This document shows, one piece after another, positions 61,337 through 64,000 of a stretch of 64,000 nucleotides of DNA. This DNA comes from Protoeuglena noctilucae (Eukaryota). The notes under the pieces were generated by a model. The model was not told the DNA's origin. It was given only the letters and a program-made list of their open reading frames with translations, and did no database searches. Position 1 is the first letter of the stretch; every line of letters starts with the position of its first letter. The stretch covers positions 248,001-312,000 of the forward strand of contig OY253684.1 in assembly GCA_958009085.1 (NCBI GenBank). Direction: 5' to 3'. Both the position numbers and the translations under genes were made by a program.

Positions 61337-64000
61337 CTAGAACAACACCAAGGTAGTGGAGTCATGCTTCCTCTTGCTGGACCGATCCCTCCATGCGGCA
61401 ATCCACGCCTTCGCCTCCTCGCGGTTCTGCTCGGGCGTCGTCGTGCAGATGATGGGCTCGACGCGGTTGACGGGCATAAGCAGCCCGTACTCCGACAACG
61501 ACCCGCCCTTGGGGGAGCTCGCGGAGGGTGCCTTGCCGCTCCTGGACCGCCACGCCTGGATCCAGGCCTTAGCCTCGGCGCGGTTCTGGGCAGGGGGCTT
61601 GGTGCTGCGAGCAGCGCGTGACTCTCAGCCTCAGCGAAGACGAGGGTCCATCCAAGCGCTTCACGCTGCCCGCACAAAGCAAGGCGGCCCTCACTTGACG
61701 ATGGGCTCGATACGGTTCTTGGGCATGGGCACACCGTACTCGGACCGCTGCTCGCCGCCCCCAAACAGCGACGAGAAGGGGTTGTTGTAAGCCGGTGCCT
61801 TCGGCGCCTCCTTGGGAGGGGCCGCAGGGGCCGCAGGGGCCGCGGGCGCGGCCTTGGCGGCAGGGGTCACAACAGGTGCAGCCTCAGCAGGCTTGGCAGC
61901 CGCCTTGGCCGGGGACCTTGCCCGCCATGCCTTGATCCACGCCTTGGCCTCCTCGCGGTTTTCTGCCGGGCTCTTGGTGCTGCAGGTGAAGAGAGCACAG
62001 GGGACCATTTCGTTGCCGCTGCGGGTGTTGCCCTGCTGACAAGCAACATTTGCATGAGCACTGGACATGTCGGCATCAGACAGCGGAAGGCAGCTGTGAA
62101 CCAAAACAGATCCCCCCGGCCCGCCTCCTCACTTGACGATGGGCTCCACGCGGTTCTTGGGCATCGGCACGCCGTACTCGGACCGCTGCTCGCCACCTCC
62201 AAAGAGCGACGAGAAGGGGTTGCTGTTGGCCTGCGCCTTGGGCTCCTCCTTAGGCTTGGCCGCGACAGAGGCCGCGGCGGGCTTGGCAGCGGGAGTCGTG
62301 GCGGGTGCGGCCGCGGCAGGCTTGGCGGCAGGTGCCGCAGCAGGGGCAGCCGCCGCGGCAGGCTTGGCGGCGGCCTCGGCCGGCGACCTTGCCCTCCATG
62401 CCTTGATCCATGCCTTAGCCTCCTCGCGGTTCTCCGCCGGGCTCTTGGTGCTGCGGGCACAACACGCGACGTCCCATGCGACCACCGCCCCGCGGCAGCT
62501 AGCGCACCGCACAACACCCGCCATGGGAGGCTCACTTGACGATGGGCTCCACGCGGTTCTTGGGCATCGGCACGCCGTACTCGGACAGGTCCTGGCTGCT
62601 GGTGGCCCCGCCCACCATGCCCCCGAAGAGCGCCGCGAAGGGGTTGGACGGCTTGGCCGACGCCGAAGCCGCCGCCTTGGCCTTCCGGGCCTCCTCCTCG
62701 GCCGCGGCTTTCGCCGCCGCCACTTTCGCCGCCACCTCCGCCTTGGCCTGCTCCTCCGCCTTGGCCGCCGCCTCCCGCTTCGCCAGGTCCTCCGCCGCCG
62801 CCTTGGCAACGGCCGCGCGGGCCTCCGCCTCCTTCTTCGCCTGAGCATCCGCCGCCGCGCGAGCCTCGGCCTCCCGCTTGGCCTGGGCCTCAGCAGCTGC
62901 CTTAGCCTTGGCCTCGGCCTCCTTCTTCGCCTGAGCCTCTGCAGCCGCCTTGGCCTCAGCCTCTTTCTTGGCAGCCGCCTCCGCAGCAGCCTTGGCCTCG
63001 GCTTCCTTCTTGGCCTGGGCCTCAGCCTGCCTCTTGGCCTCCGCTGCCGCCTTCGCCTCAGCCTCCTTGGCCCTAGCCTCCGCAGCCGCCTTGGCCTCGG
63101 CAGCAGCCTTGGCCTCAGCCTGCTTCTTGGCCTCCGCCGCAGCCTTGACTTCCGCCTCCCTCTTCGCCTTCGCCTCCGCAGCTGCCTTGGCCTCGGCTTC
63201 CTTCTTGGCCCTCGCCTCCGCTTCCCGCCTCTGCCGCTCCTCCGCCGCCTTGGCCCGCGCCGCCGCCTTGGGGTCCACCGGGACCTCAGCAGCCTCCTCC
63301 ACCTCCTCAGGCTGCTTGGCCTTGGACCCCAGCAGCCCAGCGAAGATCCCCGGCACAGCCGGCGCCTTGGCCGCAGCCACCGGCACCTCCACCTCCTCCT
63401 CCTCCTCCTCCTCCTCCTCCACCGCGGCCTGCTTGGCCTTGGGGACCAGGCCGGCGAACAGACCCGGGAGCGCGGGCCCCTTCGCCTCCTTGGTCTCCTT
63501 GGCCGGCGCCTCGGACGCCGCCGTCGACGCCCGCACCGACCCCTTGGCCCTCGCCGCCTGCTTCCGGGCCTCCTCCGCGGCGCGCTGGGCCTCGGCCGCC
63601 TTCTGTGCCGCAATCTCCTCCTTGGTCGGGGCGTTGATCACCTCGTCCACCACCCTGCGCTTCTCGCTGTCGGAGAGGATGCGCCCCTCGCGCGCCGCCC
63701 TCTGCACCTCCTGCAGCAGCACGCGCGCCGCCTGCTCCCGACGCTCCAGCTTGGCCACCGCCGCCTCCAGCTGCTGCACCTTGGACTGCACGTGACCAGG
63801 CAGGGAAGGGCTTTACCGCCCCGTCGCACGCCAGCCTATGGGAGTTCCCCGCTGCTCCTCCCAATGCATGACAGCAGGTTCGCCGAATGCCCAGAGCAAG
63901 AGAGGCAGGCTCATTGAACCGGCCCAGTCCCCTGGCTCACCTCAGCCTGCTGCACAGCGGCAAACTGCGGGGCTGCCTCCTTCCGCAGAGCCGTCTCCTC
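61337..64000 (-). CDS. Uncharacterised Ala/Glu/Lys-rich protein with four C-terminal SEYG.MP.NR.EPI...N..EAKAWI.AWR repeats (5'-partial; continues beyond the window)
   Basis: Exons 64000-63941, 63785-62536, 62450-62133, 61979-61695 and 61604-61337 join in frame through GT-AG introns; stop TAG at 61339-61337. Confidence 0.85.
62690..63280 (-). repeat. Coding low-complexity (EAEAKAAAEAxAKK)n helical repeat
   Basis: Translation EAEARAKKEAEAKAAAEAKAKREAEVKAAAEAKKQAEAKAAAE... continues for about 200 residues. Confidence 0.85.

Noticed and set aside
62129..63917. Long alternative-frame and antisense ORFs (494, 594 and 281 aa) over the repeat gene; TolA-like appearance
   Set aside because: Shadow ORFs caused by GC-rich low-complexity codons. 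The TolA resemblance is only compositional, and the gene has spliceosomal introns.
1..64000. tRNA, rRNA, transposase or reverse-transcriptase genes
   Set aside because: No recognisable signatures found by manual reading; small ncRNAs could have been missed without covariance-model searches.

Overview
Gene-dense, very GC-rich eukaryotic nuclear DNA with many short (mostly ~70-150 nt) spliceosomal introns. The gene content points to a flagellate-capable chlorophyte green alga (inference): plastid NADP-MDH, SufD, organellar PheRS and CDPK, plus centriolar CEP19. By splicing exons manually I can support about 23 protein-coding genes: DNAJC9-like, PGP synthase, TOG/CLASP-N ARM protein, kinesin-6, two hypotheticals, kinesin-4-like, a small membrane protein, RNase H2B, a methyltransferase-like protein, a secreted LTD-CotH-LTD kinase, CEP19, RAD16, CDPK, PheRS, a Nudix + double zinc-finger protein, a zinc-knuckle/WW protein, a Sel1-like protein, SufD, PGI, prefoldin 3, a GNAT, NADP-MDH and a partial multi-repeat protein. 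No rRNA, tRNA, CRISPR array or transposon was recognised. Main observations: (1) an uncharacterised sticker-and-spacer protein at the right edge with four copies of a ~36-aa module ending in an amphipathic EAKAWIKAWR helix, three copies split by an intron at the same codon position (candidate pyrenoid/condensate linker); (2) at least 16 GC-AG introns, nearly all with an AG|GCGAG donor; (3) a bacterial-type lamin-tail/CotH secreted kinase that has acquired many introns; (4) a Nudix hydrolase fused to duplicated matrin-type zinc fingers; (5) an NADP-MDH with an altered set of regulatory cysteines. Coordinates span start to stop codon including introns; several 5' ends are uncertain.
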